A stretch of DNA of 64,000 nucleotides from Candidatus Latescibacterota bacterium (GCA_965206595.1 OZ242214.1:2656001-2720000), one strand, 5' to 3'. Shown: positions 48,758 to 59,367, counted from the stretch's first letter. Notes: generated by a model not told the origin, from the sequence alone. Translations and numbers: made by a program.

Positions 48758-50215
48758 TCACGGGACCGGTTGGTGGCCGCTGATCTCCGTTATGCGGCCG
48801 CTGATGGCGCCGGTCAGCAGCTCGAGGCAGCCGGGGGCCAGGCAGGAGGGATCCTCCTGGTACAACCCCAGGCCGTAGCGGTCCTCCGGAAGCAGGTAGG
48901 CCAGCTGGGGATCCCCGGCGACCGGAGAAAGAAGCAGCACGAGGCCGGGAAAACGACGGCGCAGCTCCCGCGTCATTTCGTTGTACGGTTCCCCGGAACA
49001 GGTGATCCAGACGGCGTCGCCGAGGCGGAAAACCGAGTACCGGTACGGAAACGACGCGCCCTCCGGCAGGTCGGCCAGGCGCCCCAGCCAGCGGCGGCAG
49101 CGTTCCGCCCTGGCCCCGGCATCGCGCGCCGCGGCGGCGTCGCCGGCGGCCTCCGCCTCTTCCTGCTCTTCGCTGTGGCGCTCGAGATCGAGGCGCAGCC
49201 CTTCCTTGTCGGGCAGCTGCCGGTACGGCAGATCCACGCAAAACGCACCCCCCGCCCACTGTGAGGCAGCGGCGGTGCGGCTGCCGGCGAACGGAGTCCA
49301 GGCCCAGGTCCCGAGGGTGGCGCCGGATTCAACCGGACCCTGGTAGGTGAAGTCGCAACGCGCCGGACCGAGCGACCAGTACGCCGACAGGGCCGCGTGC
49401 CCCAGCTGCCTGCCGTTGCGATCGGCGGTTCCGGTATCCCCCGTGAACCCGTCCCGGGGCCCGAGCTCGCCGCAGGCGCCCTGGAAGAACACGCACGGCG
49501 CCCCGGTTCCGGCTTCGAAGACTTCCCGCATGGCCCCGGCGAAGTCGGGGCTCAGAAGGCTGTTCTCCCACGCCAGCGTGGTGGGATGACAGGCGTAATG
49601 GATGATGCCGAGCCGCTGCTTTCCCGCCTCGTCCTCGACACGGGCCACGAGCACGGTGTCGGCGGCGGGACCGTCGGGGTTGTACCCGGTGACGTAGATC
49701 TGCCTTTCTTCGTCGCGGTAGTCGCGGTTCGCCGCCATGTCGCAGCGGCCCGCGGCGTAGGAGATGGTGGCGGGCCGCAGATCGTCGAGGGCCTGCCGCG
49801 TCAGCTCCTCGACTCGAGCCTTGAGCGAGTCGAGGTACGGGGCAATCAGCTCGCCGCCGGGCAGCGGCATGCGATCCGGCAGGAAGAAGCCGGCGGCATG
49901 GGAGTGCGAGTGCGTCACCAGCACGCGGTCCGGCTCGATACCGGAGACCGAGGCGATGCTCTCGACCAGCGCGTCGGACTGGGCGTTGCCGAGCAGTACC
50001 AGGTCGAGCTGCAGGCGCGCCATGCCCTGGCCGCGGCCCTCGGCCGGCTGCAGGAAAATCAGGTCGACAACCAGGGGGCGGTGCACGCCCGAGGCCCGGT
50101 CGTGCCGGGCGGCCCCCCACATGCGGTGATATATCCCGACCGGCGGCGTGATGTCGGCGCGGGCGTACCCCAGCCGTAGAATCGACGTGGGGGTCGGCAC
50201 AATCCGGGTTGACAT
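48758..50215 (-). CDS. Neutral/alkaline ceramidase-like metallohydrolase
   Basis: Motifs ADITPP, THSHSHA, HYACHPT, SPDFAG and FFQGACG. Confidence 0.75.
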   Translation of the reverse strand: MSTRIVPTPTSILRLGYARADITPPVGIYHRMWGAARHDRASGVHRPLVVDLIFLQPAEGRGQGMARLQLDLVLLGNAQSDALVESIASVSGIEPDRVLVTHSHSHAAGFFLPDRMPLPGGELIAPYLDSLKARVEELTRQALDDLRPATISYAAGRCDMAANRDYRDEERQIYVTGYNPDGPAADTVLVARVEDEAGKQRLGIIHYACHPTTLAWENSLLSPDFAGAMREVFEAGTGAPCVFFQGACGELGPRDGFTGDTGTADRNGRQLGHAALSAYWSLGPARCDFTYQGPVESGATLGTWAWTPFAGSRTAAASQWAGGAFCVDLPYRQLPDKEGLRLDLERHSEEQEEAEAAGDAAAARDAGARAERCRRWLGRLADLPEGASFPYRYSVFRLGDAVWITCSGEPYNEMTRELRRRFPGLVLLLSPVAGDPQLAYLLPEDRYGLGLYQEDPSCLAPGCLELLTGAISGRITEISGHQPVP

Positions 50216-50249
50216 CTCGTCTCGACCTCCGTCGGCGTCGGCAGCTCCG

Positions 50250-51833
50250 CTAGCTTTCCGCTCCGCTGTATTCCGCATACCGGATCGACAGGCGGACACC
50301 GCTCAGCCAGACCGGGTCCCCCTTCTCCAGGGCGATCTCCACCCTGTTCGCTCCCGCTGCCAGCAGCGACGGCGGGAGCGCGAACTCGAGCTGCTCCTCC
50401 CCTTCCAGCGGCGTCTCCGCCAGGCGGGAGGGGTACTCGTTCCAGTCGGCGTTGTAGCGGGTGTCCGTCCACGTGGCCGCGGGGGCCGCCCCCTCCTTCC
50501 AGTCGAGAGGGTGGCCGTTGATCGCCAGGGAAACGGCGCGCTGCTGCGCGGGGATCCGATCGCCCGAGGGCTCGAAGCCGAGCCCGAGCACCGCGGAAGC
50601 GGCCGCGGCCGTATCCTCCCCGGAGAGGTCGATGACGAGAGCGGCCCCGCTTCCCGGGACCGTCTCCTGCAGGCGGACCGGCAGCGGCGCTCGCGGGATC
50701 GCGTTGAAGAAGGAGAACCCGAGCTGGGAGTTGGGAAGCTCCCGGCCGGAGCTGTCGACCAGGTAGCGCTTGCTCCTGCCGGCCAGCTTTGCCGGGTCGG
50801 CGAGCTCGGCCACGAACTCCCGCTTCCACTCGTTCGGCATGCTGTAGTAGTTGAAGAAATACAGCCCGTCGACCCCGGCGGCCCAGTAGCGCGCCGCAAC
50901 CGCCCTCATCGTCTCCGGGTTCAGCATCGGCCGCAGGGCCTCGAAACAGCCGAGCACCCGGCAGCCGGTCCCCTCGGCGGCCTCGACGAAGGAGGCGACC
51001 GGCGTCTCGAACGGTATGAACCCGCCCCCGGCGATCAGGATGTCGGCCAGCCCTTCCCGCATCCAGAGTTCGGCGTCCAGCCCGATGCGGCGGCTGTCGG
51101 CCAGGGTGGGAGGGACGCGCACGGCGAGCTCGAGGCGGCGCCCGCGGGCGGCCGCGGCGGCGTCGAGCCGGGAGCGCACCCGGCGCACCAGGTCGGTGGC
51201 GAGGTAGCGGTGCGCGAACGCCTGCTCGATGCGGAAGAAGGCCGGGTGGCGCATGAAGTCGAGCTCGATGCCGTCGATGTCGAAGCGGTCGATCAGCTCG
51301 AAGAGGATCTTCAGCTTGTGGGCCCGGGCCCCGGCCTCGGCGTAGTTCAGGCCGGTGCGGATCCCCCACTCGAGGGTGCCGGGCGGCAGCTCTCCGCCGG
51401 CGTGGCCGATCAGCAGCTCGGGATGCTCGCGGCGCAGGCGCCCGAAGTTGGGGGCGGACTCCTCGATATCGTAGTGCTCGTTCATGCGCACCGACGGGAA
51501 GAAGCGCATCCCCGCCTCGCGGCAGAGCCGGGAGATCACGGTGACCGGACCTCCGTGGTTCTCGGTGAGCCAGCGCAGGTTGTCCCGCTGCAGGCGCTGT
51601 CTATCGTCGAGGTCCTCGTCGCCGTACCCGTCGCCGAGGCGCTCCCCGACCTCGGTTTCGTAGTCGTACACCTCGTGGCCCCCGACCGACCACAGGAAGA
51701 CGCCGACCGGAGAGCCCTCGTAGGGGGCGATCATCTTCTCATGCATGATCTCCGGGGTGATGGGAGGTCCGTACGTGCTCATGATCCAGCCATCGTCGTT
51801 GAACAGGATGAGAGGCGGTTGCGATCTGGTCAT
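50250..51833 (-). CDS. Glycoside hydrolase-like TIM-barrel protein (GHL10/DUF187-like)
   Basis: Motifs FNDDG, SVRMNEH, GLNYA, DGIELDFMRH and GVDGLYFFN. Confidence 0.7.
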   Translation of the reverse strand: MTRSQPPLILFNDDGWIMSTYGPPITPEIMHEKMIAPYEGSPVGVFLWSVGGHEVYDYETEVGERLGDGYGDEDLDDRQRLQRDNLRWLTENHGGPVTVISRLCREAGMRFFPSVRMNEHYDIEESAPNFGRLRREHPELLIGHAGGELPPGTLEWGIRTGLNYAEAGARAHKLKILFELIDRFDIDGIELDFMRHPAFFRIEQAFAHRYLATDLVRRVRSRLDAAAAARGRRLELAVRVPPTLADSRRIGLDAELWMREGLADILIAGGGFIPFETPVASFVEAAEGTGCRVLGCFEALRPMLNPETMRAVAARYWAAGVDGLYFFNYYSMPNEWKREFVAELADPAKLAGRSKRYLVDSSGRELPNSQLGFSFFNAIPRAPLPVRLQETVPGSGAALVIDLSGEDTAAAASAVLGLGFEPSGDRIPAQQRAVSLAINGHPLDWKEGAAPAATWTDTRYNADWNEYPSRLAETPLEGEEQLEFALPPSLLAAGANRVEIALEKGDPVWLSGVRLSIRYAEYSGAES

Positions 51834-52156
51834 CTTTTCGTTTCCCCTGAATGCCGGTGAGAAGCTCGTTTCGCGGTTGCTGTATCCGTCCTTGCAGCCG
51901 GCTGCGGTGCCCCGTTCCGGGCAACCCGCAGAACCCAGGGCCCCTGGCGCTTGAACGGTGCTTCCCGCTGTAGCGCCGCATGGCGGGAACATGGACCTCC
52001 GCTTCACGGTACGGGAAATCCGGGGTGAATACCAAGGTATTCGCGGGACCGCCCCCGGCTTTTATTCCATTATTGAAAAAGATAGCAGTCTTCATATTCC
52101 GCAGCGGTTCCCGACAACCGACCGGCTCCGGTGCCGGCCAGCAAAGGCGCGCAGCC

Positions 52157-52891
52157 ATGACCATTCCCCTCGACCAGATCACCTCCATGCCGGCGTACTC
52201 CCCGTATTTTCCACCGCCCCCGGCGCGTTACCGCAACGTCCGCTTCCAGTACGTCTGCTTCCGCGCCGACGCCGACGCGGTCGACCGCCTGCTGCCGGCC
52301 TGCTTCGAGCCCGCGGCGGACGGCTTCTGCGCCGCCATCGGCCTGACCGTGCCCTGGTCGGCGAACTACGGCGCCTTCGACGAGTCCGTTCTCGTGGTCA
52401 AATGCCTGTTCGAAGGCCGGGTGGGGTACTTCGCTCCCGTCGTTTTCCTCAACTCGCGCAGCAGCATTCCGGCCGGGCGTGAGATCTACGGCACCCCGAA
52501 GGTGTACGCCGACCTCAAAGTATGGATGGATGAGCGGGTCATGGTGACCGACACCTTCGTCGGCGGCGGCAACGCCCTCTCCATTCGCTCGACCATGCAT
52601 TCCGAGGCGGCCCCGGAAGAGCTGCCCGACCTCTCCCCTTCCTGGCGGCTCAAGGCGATCCCCAGGGCGGACGGCACCGGGTGCGACGTCCTGCAGCTGA
52701 TCGACGGGGCCGGGGCGAGCCGCGACGTGACCGTCCACGTCCGCCGCAAGGGGGACGGGGTCGTGCGCTTCGAGCCGGTGCCGGTGTACGACCTGTCGGG
52801 ACTGGAGCCGCTGGAGTACTTCGGGGCCTTCTACGTCGAGCAGGATTACACCGAGGGGTACGCCGAGATCGTGCGCGACTTCCTCGCCTGA
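52157..52891 (+). CDS. Acetoacetate decarboxylase family protein
   Basis: PPPPARY and GREIYGTPK (Schiff-base Lys). Confidence 0.85.
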   Translation: MTIPLDQITSMPAYSPYFPPPPARYRNVRFQYVCFRADADAVDRLLPACFEPAADGFCAAIGLTVPWSANYGAFDESVLVVKCLFEGRVGYFAPVVFLNSRSSIPAGREIYGTPKVYADLKVWMDERVMVTDTFVGGGNALSIRSTMHSEAAPEELPDLSPSWRLKAIPRADGTGCDVLQLIDGAGASRDVTVHVRRKGDGVVRFEPVPVYDLSGLEPLEYFGAFYVEQDYTEGYAEIVRDFLA

Positions 52892-53034
52892 GGCGCTCGC
52901 TGCTGGGGATTGATTTCCCGGCCCACCCCGGCGGCGGCGCTTCGGCTCGGTGCCGCCAAGGTTTACATGCAACGGGATTGTTTTTGTTCCCCATTTGTGG
53001 CACATTTCGTCGATTGACAAGGACGGAGGAAGCC

Positions 53035-53292
53035 ATGGCAAAAACGGAAACGATCCGGGCCCGCGTTGAACCGGAGTTGAAGAACCTGGCCGAGCAGGTC
53101 TTCTCGGAGCTGGGGCTGTCCCCCACCGAGGCGATCACCCTGTTCTATACCCAGGTGACCCTGCATCGGGGGTTGCCATTCGAGGTCCGGGTTCCCAATG
53201 CCGAGACTCTCGAGGCGATGCGCCAGGCCCGCGCCGGAGAGGGGTTGACCGAATACGCCGACCTGAAGGCGATCAAAGCCGGACATCGCTGA
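53035..53292 (+). CDS. dinJ: Type II TA antitoxin, RelB/DinJ family
   Basis: Motifs IRARVEPELK, GLPFEV and PNAETLEAM. Confidence 0.88.
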   Translation: MAKTETIRARVEPELKNLAEQVFSELGLSPTEAITLFYTQVTLHRGLPFEVRVPNAETLEAMRQARAGEGLTEYADLKAIKAGHR

Positions 53293-53295
53293 TGC

Positions 53296-53562
53296 ATGCG
53301 CCTTCTCACCACGACCCGATTCGAAAGGGACCTCAAGCGGGCCGGTAGACGCGGTAAGGATCTCAATGCGCTCTGGCGGGTGGTTGAGCGACTCTTGTCT
53401 CGGCAGCCCCTCGACCCCAGGCACAGACCGCACCGTTTATCGGGTGAATGGTCTGCCTGCTGGGAATGCCACCTCGAACCGGATTGGCTGTTGATCTGGG
53501 ACCAGCGCCCGGATGTCCTCATCCTGGTGCGCACCGGAACCCACGCCGATCTGTTCGACTGA
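53296..53562 (+). CDS. yafQ: Type II TA toxin, YafQ family mRNA interferase
   Basis: Motifs FERDLK, HRLSGEW, ECHLEPDWLLI and RTGTHADLF. Confidence 0.9.
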   Translation: MRLLTTTRFERDLKRAGRRGKDLNALWRVVERLLSRQPLDPRHRPHRLSGEWSACWECHLEPDWLLIWDQRPDVLILVRTGTHADLFD

Positions 53563-53625
53563 TCCTGCCGGGGGGAATGTTCCCACCGCAGTACCTGGCA
53601 TGACCGCGCCCGGCGCCGCGAACCC

Positions 53626-55188
53626 TCAATCGAGCTCGTCGAAGAAGGTGACGTCCGCCCCGAAGCTGTCCATCGCCGCGACCTCGTCTCCGCGCAGGCG
53701 CACCCGTATGTCGCGGGTGCGGTGCTCCATCACGATCTCCTCTTCGGTCAGCGGGAAGTCGATGGCGACCTCGCGGTTGACCGGGGGCTCGGCGATCAGC
53801 AGGTACCCGTCCGACCACCTCGGCTCTCCGGTTGCCCCCGCGACCCGCACCTCCTCCCGGTTCACCCAGGCCGGGATGCGGACGAACAGGGGGGCTGGCT
53901 TCTTCACGCGCACCGCGAGACGGCCGCACGTGTAGGGGGACTTCACCTCGACATGGTCGTTCTCGTGGTCGAACAGCAGGTTGATCCAGTGGCCTGACTC
54001 CTCGAACCGCGCCGCCTCCCGCAGGGCCTCGCACAAGGACCCGACCGAGCCGCCGACCACGTCGGTGTTGAAGCGCAGGAACCGGTTCCCGATCGGCTCG
54101 TGGCCGTACGGGGCAGGAAAGCCCCAGGAGCCGCGGATGCGGTTGCGCACGTCGCGCAGGTGGTCGGACCCGTCCGGGTTCTCCGGATCGCGGATCCAGG
54201 AGACGTCCCTGAGCTGCGACGGCAGCAGGTGGCAGCGTAGAATCCGTTCGGCGTCCTGGTAGCACTCGCTGAACCCCCGGCGCCCGAGGATGAGGGCGGT
54301 CTCGAGGATGTCGCCGGTGTTGTTCATCTCCCCCTCGTCGGCGCGGGACTCGTCGAATCGCGCTCCCTCTATCGACCAGCCAACCTCGTCCCGCAGCTCC
54401 CGGAGCCCGTTGTCGAAGAACGCCTTCACGCGGGCGAGCAGGGAGCCGTCCCCGGTCAGGTCGGCGAGCTGGGCCAGCGACGACATCACGCAGGTCGTCG
54501 AGTGCACGTGGGCGCCGAAGCGCTCGACGTCGTAGGAGCCGTCCTCGAGGTAGACCTCGGAGACCAGCTTCTCCTTCAGGGCCGTCGCCAGCTCCAGGGC
54601 CGGACCGGACCCGGTGACGCGGAAATACTTGACCAGCGGCCCGATGCAACGGCCGACCCCTTCAACCACGGTGTGGTCGCCGTCGACCTGGACACCGTGC
54701 TCTCGTTCCATGCGCTCGACATCCCAGCGGCCCCCGGGAACGAAGTACTCGAGAACCGCGGCAATGCTCGCCTCGGCCAGGTCCCGGGCCCGCTCGGAGT
54801 TGCGGTACTTCACCAGCGGGTACAGGGCGTGAAACCCCTCGCGCACGTTGTGGTCGTTGAACTTCACCGGCTCGCCCTCGTAGTCGGCCCGCTGCTTCGG
54901 CAGGGCGAGGGTGCCGCCGAACGAGAAGAAGGCGGCGCGCGCGTGTTTGTCGATTGCGTCCTCGTCGATCTCGACGCCGGCCGCATCCTCGGCGTTCAGC
55001 AGGCCGTTGAGGTGCCGCCCCGGGATGTGGTCCTCGATACTCATGCCGAGGTAGCAGTCGGGCCGCACCGCCACCCGGAAGAAGGGGATGTCCCCGTCGT
55101 CGGCGTTGAAGACGTTCTGCATGGCGTGACAGCCGAGGCGGATCGCCGCGGCGATGTCGGTGGTGTTGACGTCACTCAGTCTGGCCAT
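53626..55188 (-). CDS. GH127/six-hairpin glycosidase-like protein
   Basis: AHVHS and the C-terminal beta-sandwich signature SPY..GRL.V..LFVRIPAW..IDFP. Confidence 0.6.
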   Translation of the reverse strand: MARLSDVNTTDIAAAIRLGCHAMQNVFNADDGDIPFFRVAVRPDCYLGMSIEDHIPGRHLNGLLNAEDAAGVEIDEDAIDKHARAAFFSFGGTLALPKQRADYEGEPVKFNDHNVREGFHALYPLVKYRNSERARDLAEASIAAVLEYFVPGGRWDVERMEREHGVQVDGDHTVVEGVGRCIGPLVKYFRVTGSGPALELATALKEKLVSEVYLEDGSYDVERFGAHVHSTTCVMSSLAQLADLTGDGSLLARVKAFFDNGLRELRDEVGWSIEGARFDESRADEGEMNNTGDILETALILGRRGFSECYQDAERILRCHLLPSQLRDVSWIRDPENPDGSDHLRDVRNRIRGSWGFPAPYGHEPIGNRFLRFNTDVVGGSVGSLCEALREAARFEESGHWINLLFDHENDHVEVKSPYTCGRLAVRVKKPAPLFVRIPAWVNREEVRVAGATGEPRWSDGYLLIAEPPVNREVAIDFPLTEEEIVMEHRTRDIRVRLRGDEVAAMDSFGADVTFFDELD

Positions 55189-55215
55189 CGGGTGGTTCTC
55201 CTTGGATTTGAGGAG

Positions 55216-57267
55216 CTACAGCGAAGTATCCCCGGGCGGGCGGTAGATCTCGAACTGCCCGGAGGGGCTGCCGAAACTCTCCGGCTTCCAGTACCAGACG
55301 TGCCCGAAATCGGCGCCGGCCAGCAGCTCCCAGCCCCCGTCCCCGTCCCAGTCGACCGCGGTGGGATGGGCGCCGTGGCGGAAGAACTCCTGCGGCTTTC
55401 CCTCCGCCTCGAACAGCAGCACTTGCGGCCGCGAGAAGAGGGGCTCGGGGTTCGTGCCGACGTTTCGACAAAGGAGGACGAAGCTGCCGCGGAAGGTGCT
55501 GCCCGGCTGCGGGCCGACTCCGAGCAGCAGGTCGAGCAGGCCGTTCCGGTCCCAGTCGACGATCTGGACCTTGGTGCGGCCGCGGCCGTCGCCGCCCTGT
55601 GGCGTGTACGGTCCGTGGGTCTTGATGGTGTCGCCGTCCTCGAAGCGCAGCTTCTCCCCCGGCAGCAGGCAACAGAGGTCGCCGCTACCGGCGCGCCGGT
55701 AGAGGGCCAGGTCGACGTCGAGATCCATGGTGACGACGTCGGGCAGGCCGTTGCCGCTGAAGTCGCCGAGTCCGGGCTGCACGCGCCACGGCGCCAAGAG
55801 GGGCTCATCCCCTACGCGCAGGCGATGCGGCGAGTCGAGCTTGGGCTCGCGCGCCGTGCCCCGGTTGGGGTACCAGTCGTAGAGCCCGAGCATGCTGCCG
55901 GCGACGAGGTCGAGCAGGCCGTCGCCGTCGAAGTCGACGAGCACGGGGTTGCTGTAGCCGCCGATGTTGCCGTCGAGCGGCCCCTGCGAGCCGCCCCAGT
56001 GATGGCCGGCCGCGGGGTTGGGCCTGGCGGTGTAGCGGATCTCGTCCCCTGCCGCCCGCACCCGTTCCGGCGGCGCGAAGCGCAGCGGATCGGTGGACAG
56101 CGTTTTGTACCAGAAGACGTACCCCTCGACGCTGCCGACGAGGAGGTCGGCGCGGCCGGTGGCGCGCCAGTCCCCGGTGGTCGGGACGCTGAAACAGCCG
56201 CCGTTCACGTGGGGGTCCCGCTGCCGGAGCTTGAGCGGCTCGCCGTACACGGGGCGCCCCCCGGAGTCGCGGCCGTAGCAGCGGCACCTGTGGACGTTGT
56301 TGGCGATGTCGCCGGCGAACAGGTCGGCGCGCTCCCCTTCGAGAGCCGCGGTGGTGATCGAGAGGAAGTTGGCGCGGCGCGAGAACGGGGCGCCGTGCAG
56401 GGTGAACAGCTCGGCCGGCTCTCCCCACTTGGGGACCTCCCCGGGCTGCCGCAGCGGCAGGTGCCAGACCGGCCCGTAGTAGTCGAGGATGAGCAGACCC
56501 GCGGACGGGTCGCGGCCGTCGACCGGGCAGAGCGGCCCGCCCGGCACCTCGACGTCGAGCTTGCCGCAGTACTCGAACTCGAAGCTCCCGGCGGAGCAGG
56601 CGTTGCGCAGCAGGTGCAGGGACCAGGGGCCGACGATCCCCTTCCAGGTGCCGTCGAGGCGGTAGCGGTCGCGCTGGTCCTCGGCCGCGGTGTCGACCCC
56701 GGGAGGCAGCCAGTAGTCGCCGTTCTCGTGGACCGCGGCGACCAGATCGAGGCGGCCGTCGCCGTCCCAGTCGCAGGGGGCCAGGGCCGTGGCCCAGTCG
56801 ATGCCGTCGCCGCTCCCTTCCGGGCCGCCGCTGAATGCAACCGGCTTTCCCTGAGAGCGGTGCGTGGGAGGGCCGCCGGCAAGAGACAGCATGACCGCGG
56901 GCATGCGGGAGTAGGGACGCGGCCCCAGCAGGACTTCGGGGAACCCGTCGCCGTCGAAGTCGCCGGCGACCTCGATGCGGCCGCAGAGTCCCTGGTCGTT
57001 CTCGTCCCGCTGGTGGGAGCGCGACATCTCCCCCCAGCGCTGGCCGCGGTCGAGCACCGGCGTGCCGTCGGCGAGCGGCTCCTCGAAGCCGTACACGAAG
57101 ACCGCTCCCCCGGAGTCGACGAGCTCGAGGCGGCCGTCGCCGTTCCAGTCGATCAGATGGGGGTTGCCGTTGGCGAGGAAGGCGTCCCCGAAGACGCCGG
57201 GATCGTTGAGCCGCAGGGGTGCGCCGTCGCCGCTGTTTCCGCCTTCGACCGGCCTGGGAAAGCTCAT
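55216..57267 (-). CDS. FG-GAP/VCBS repeat beta-propeller protein
   Basis: Repeated DWNGDGRL, DFDGDG, DWDGDGRLD and DWDRNGLLD motifs. Confidence 0.85.
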   Translation of the reverse strand: MSFPRPVEGGNSGDGAPLRLNDPGVFGDAFLANGNPHLIDWNGDGRLELVDSGGAVFVYGFEEPLADGTPVLDRGQRWGEMSRSHQRDENDQGLCGRIEVAGDFDGDGFPEVLLGPRPYSRMPAVMLSLAGGPPTHRSQGKPVAFSGGPEGSGDGIDWATALAPCDWDGDGRLDLVAAVHENGDYWLPPGVDTAAEDQRDRYRLDGTWKGIVGPWSLHLLRNACSAGSFEFEYCGKLDVEVPGGPLCPVDGRDPSAGLLILDYYGPVWHLPLRQPGEVPKWGEPAELFTLHGAPFSRRANFLSITTAALEGERADLFAGDIANNVHRCRCYGRDSGGRPVYGEPLKLRQRDPHVNGGCFSVPTTGDWRATGRADLLVGSVEGYVFWYKTLSTDPLRFAPPERVRAAGDEIRYTARPNPAAGHHWGGSQGPLDGNIGGYSNPVLVDFDGDGLLDLVAGSMLGLYDWYPNRGTAREPKLDSPHRLRVGDEPLLAPWRVQPGLGDFSGNGLPDVVTMDLDVDLALYRRAGSGDLCCLLPGEKLRFEDGDTIKTHGPYTPQGGDGRGRTKVQIVDWDRNGLLDLLLGVGPQPGSTFRGSFVLLCRNVGTNPEPLFSRPQVLLFEAEGKPQEFFRHGAHPTAVDWDGDGGWELLAGADFGHVWYWKPESFGSPSGQFEIYRPPGDTSL

Positions 57268-58256
57268 AGCGTCCTCCCGGAGCGGATACGCGCGATGAAG
57301 CGCTTGCCGTTGCCGGAGAAGTGGTCCTCGATCTCGCCGGACGTGAGCCCGAGCATGTCGGCGACCTGCTTCTCCTGGCGCAGCTGCTCGTAGATGACGA
57401 GGGTGGCGCGCGGGTCGCAGTGCGGCAGGTCGGGGATGCCGTAGAACTGCGACCAGGCCCGGGCCCAGGTGACGTACTTACCGCGCTCGCAGCCGGCGAC
57501 GATGTTGTCCGACCCGAACATCACCCGCGAGCGGTCCTCGTGCTTCATCAGCAGGAAGTGGCTGTACAGGTCGTTCACCGCGGAGGTGTCGTACCAGATG
57601 TTCGGCAGCCCGGTGAGGAACTCGATCGCCTCCTCCATCATGAAGGAGTTGAAGGAGCGGGCGCAGTGGGCGAGGATCCACTGCGCTCCCGGGTAGTCGC
57701 GGGTGTAGCGCTCGAGGTCCTGCTGGTTGGCGGGGTCCGCGGGCCCTGTCGGCATCGACAGGTGCATGGTGATCGCCAGCTTCATGTGGTGGGCGAGCTC
57801 GATCAGGTGCTCCGGCAGGAAATCGCGGATGCGGGCGTTGGCCGGGTCGGCGGCGAACAGGCGGTACGGTTTGAGGCCGAGGAAGCGGTGCTTCCTCACC
57901 TGCGCCTCCACGTACTCGGCGCTCATCTGGGGGGTGACCAGCATGTTGACGGCGGAGGCCGGGTCGGCGCTGAGCTCGGACACCATCCAGTCGTTGTGCC
58001 CCTCGGCGTCGCAGCCGACCACCGGGGTGCCGAGCACCAGGTAATGGATCTCGCGCCCGGGGTAGAGCTTTTGCGCCCATCCCAGGTGGTCGCGGTAGTC
58101 GTGCTCGGCGCGCAGGCCGGTCGACGACTCCTCCAGGGAGCCGCGGTGTTCCTCCGACCAGATGTGGGTGTGCATGTCGTAGATGACCGGGGGCACGAAC
58201 CCCTCCAGCTCCCGGTCCCAGATGTCGCGGTCGAACTCGGTGTAAGAGAATCTCAA
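57264..58256 (-). CDS. Amidohydrolase family protein
   Basis: Motifs DMHTH, GLKPY, TMH, ILAH, WYDTSA and MFGSD. Confidence 0.87.
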   Translation of the reverse strand: MRFSYTEFDRDIWDRELEGFVPPVIYDMHTHIWSEEHRGSLEESSTGLRAEHDYRDHLGWAQKLYPGREIHYLVLGTPVVGCDAEGHNDWMVSELSADPASAVNMLVTPQMSAEYVEAQVRKHRFLGLKPYRLFAADPANARIRDFLPEHLIELAHHMKLAITMHLSMPTGPADPANQQDLERYTRDYPGAQWILAHCARSFNSFMMEEAIEFLTGLPNIWYDTSAVNDLYSHFLLMKHEDRSRVMFGSDNIVAGCERGKYVTWARAWSQFYGIPDLPHCDPRATLVIYEQLRQEKQVADMLGLTSGEIEDHFSGNGKRFIARIRSGRTL

Positions 58257-59365
58257 GACCCTTCCTCCTTCTCCTCAAGGCGGCAGCAGCGCACGTACGT
58301 GACCTGCTCCTCGGTAACGTAGAACGCCGCGGCGATGGTGCCGTCGGACAGCTGTGTGACCGACGGCGTTCCGAAAGTGAAATGGTGGTACGACTGAAGG
58401 ACGTCGGCGACGGTGTCGCGCCTCATCGCCAGCACCGGGGCGCTGCGCACGCGGGCAGGCTCGATTCCCCACAGCTCGAGGTGAGCGGCCTCGTCGAAGC
58501 TCGCGCCCCCGTCCTCGGAAAGCAGGGCGCGCACCCCCAGCGGCTCGCGGCGGTGGTTGGTCACGGCTATGACGCGGCCGCTCTGCAGGCCGAGGACGTC
58601 GGTCACCTGGCCCCAGAACCCGGCATCGGCCGGTTCGCTCCAGGTCTCGCCGGCGTCCTCCGAGCGGGAGGTGTGGACGTTGACCCCGATGTCCCGCTCC
58701 ATGTCATGGGTCCAGTAGACGGCCAGCAGCCGGTCCCCTGAAAGCCGCGTCAGGCGCAGGTCGAAGAAGTAGAGGCCGCCCTCGCCCGGCCCCTGGATGC
58801 GGCGCCACCGCTCCCACGAACGGCCGCCGTCCCGGGAGCGGGTGATTGCAGCGGCCCAGTCGGGAAGCCGGTCGTCGCTGCCTTCATCCCCCCACTCGCC
58901 CGCGGCGATCAGACTTCCGTCCGACAGGGTCGCCAGGTTGCCCCCGGGTCCCATGTTTTCGAAAGGGCGGCTGCTTACGGCCTGCAGCGGTGACCAGGTG
59001 GCGCCGCCGTCCAGGGAGCGGGCCGCCAGCAGTCCCCACTCCTCCCGGCCGGTCGGATAGTGCACGCAGGCGACCACCTCCCCGTCCGCGGCGATCCCGA
59101 ACCCTCCGGGCAGCCGCACTCCCTCGGGGGCCTCCTCCGGCTCCCGGAGCTGTCCGGCGCGGTCCCAGGTCTCGCCGCGGTCCCGCGAACGGTGGATGAC
59201 CACCTTGCCGTCGCCGCTCTCGCGCGCGCTCCCGTGCCGGCACATGCACAGGAGGGTGTCGTCGGGCAACGCCTGAATCGAGGGAAAGGCGACGTACTCG
59301 CTGGCGAGGTTGGGGTGGGGATTGCGATAGATCGTGCCGTGCCCGAGGACTTCAAGACGTGCCAT
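58253..59365 (-). CDS. Sialidase-like BNR (Asp-box) protein
   Basis: Five Asp-boxes: SRDRGETW, SLDGGATW, SRDGGRSW, SEDAGETW and SEDGGASF. Confidence 0.85.
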   Translation of the reverse strand: MARLEVLGHGTIYRNPHPNLASEYVAFPSIQALPDDTLLCMCRHGSARESGDGKVVIHRSRDRGETWDRAGQLREPEEAPEGVRLPGGFGIAADGEVVACVHYPTGREEWGLLAARSLDGGATWSPLQAVSSRPFENMGPGGNLATLSDGSLIAAGEWGDEGSDDRLPDWAAAITRSRDGGRSWERWRRIQGPGEGGLYFFDLRLTRLSGDRLLAVYWTHDMERDIGVNVHTSRSEDAGETWSEPADAGFWGQVTDVLGLQSGRVIAVTNHRREPLGVRALLSEDGGASFDEAAHLELWGIEPARVRSAPVLAMRRDTVADVLQSYHHFTFGTPSVTQLSDGTIAAAFYVTEEQVTYVRCCRLEEKEEGS

Positions 59366-59367
59366 GT

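Noticed and set aside
45955-48783. Very long antisense or alternate-frame ORFs (e.g. 45955..48783+, 54502..57393+, 59359..62370+, 36976..40236-, 58253..61621-)
   Set aside because: They are shadows of real genes caused by high GC3 and scarce stop codons. No family motifs, except where the tail of the ORF is the real gene (FabZ, sialidase-like).
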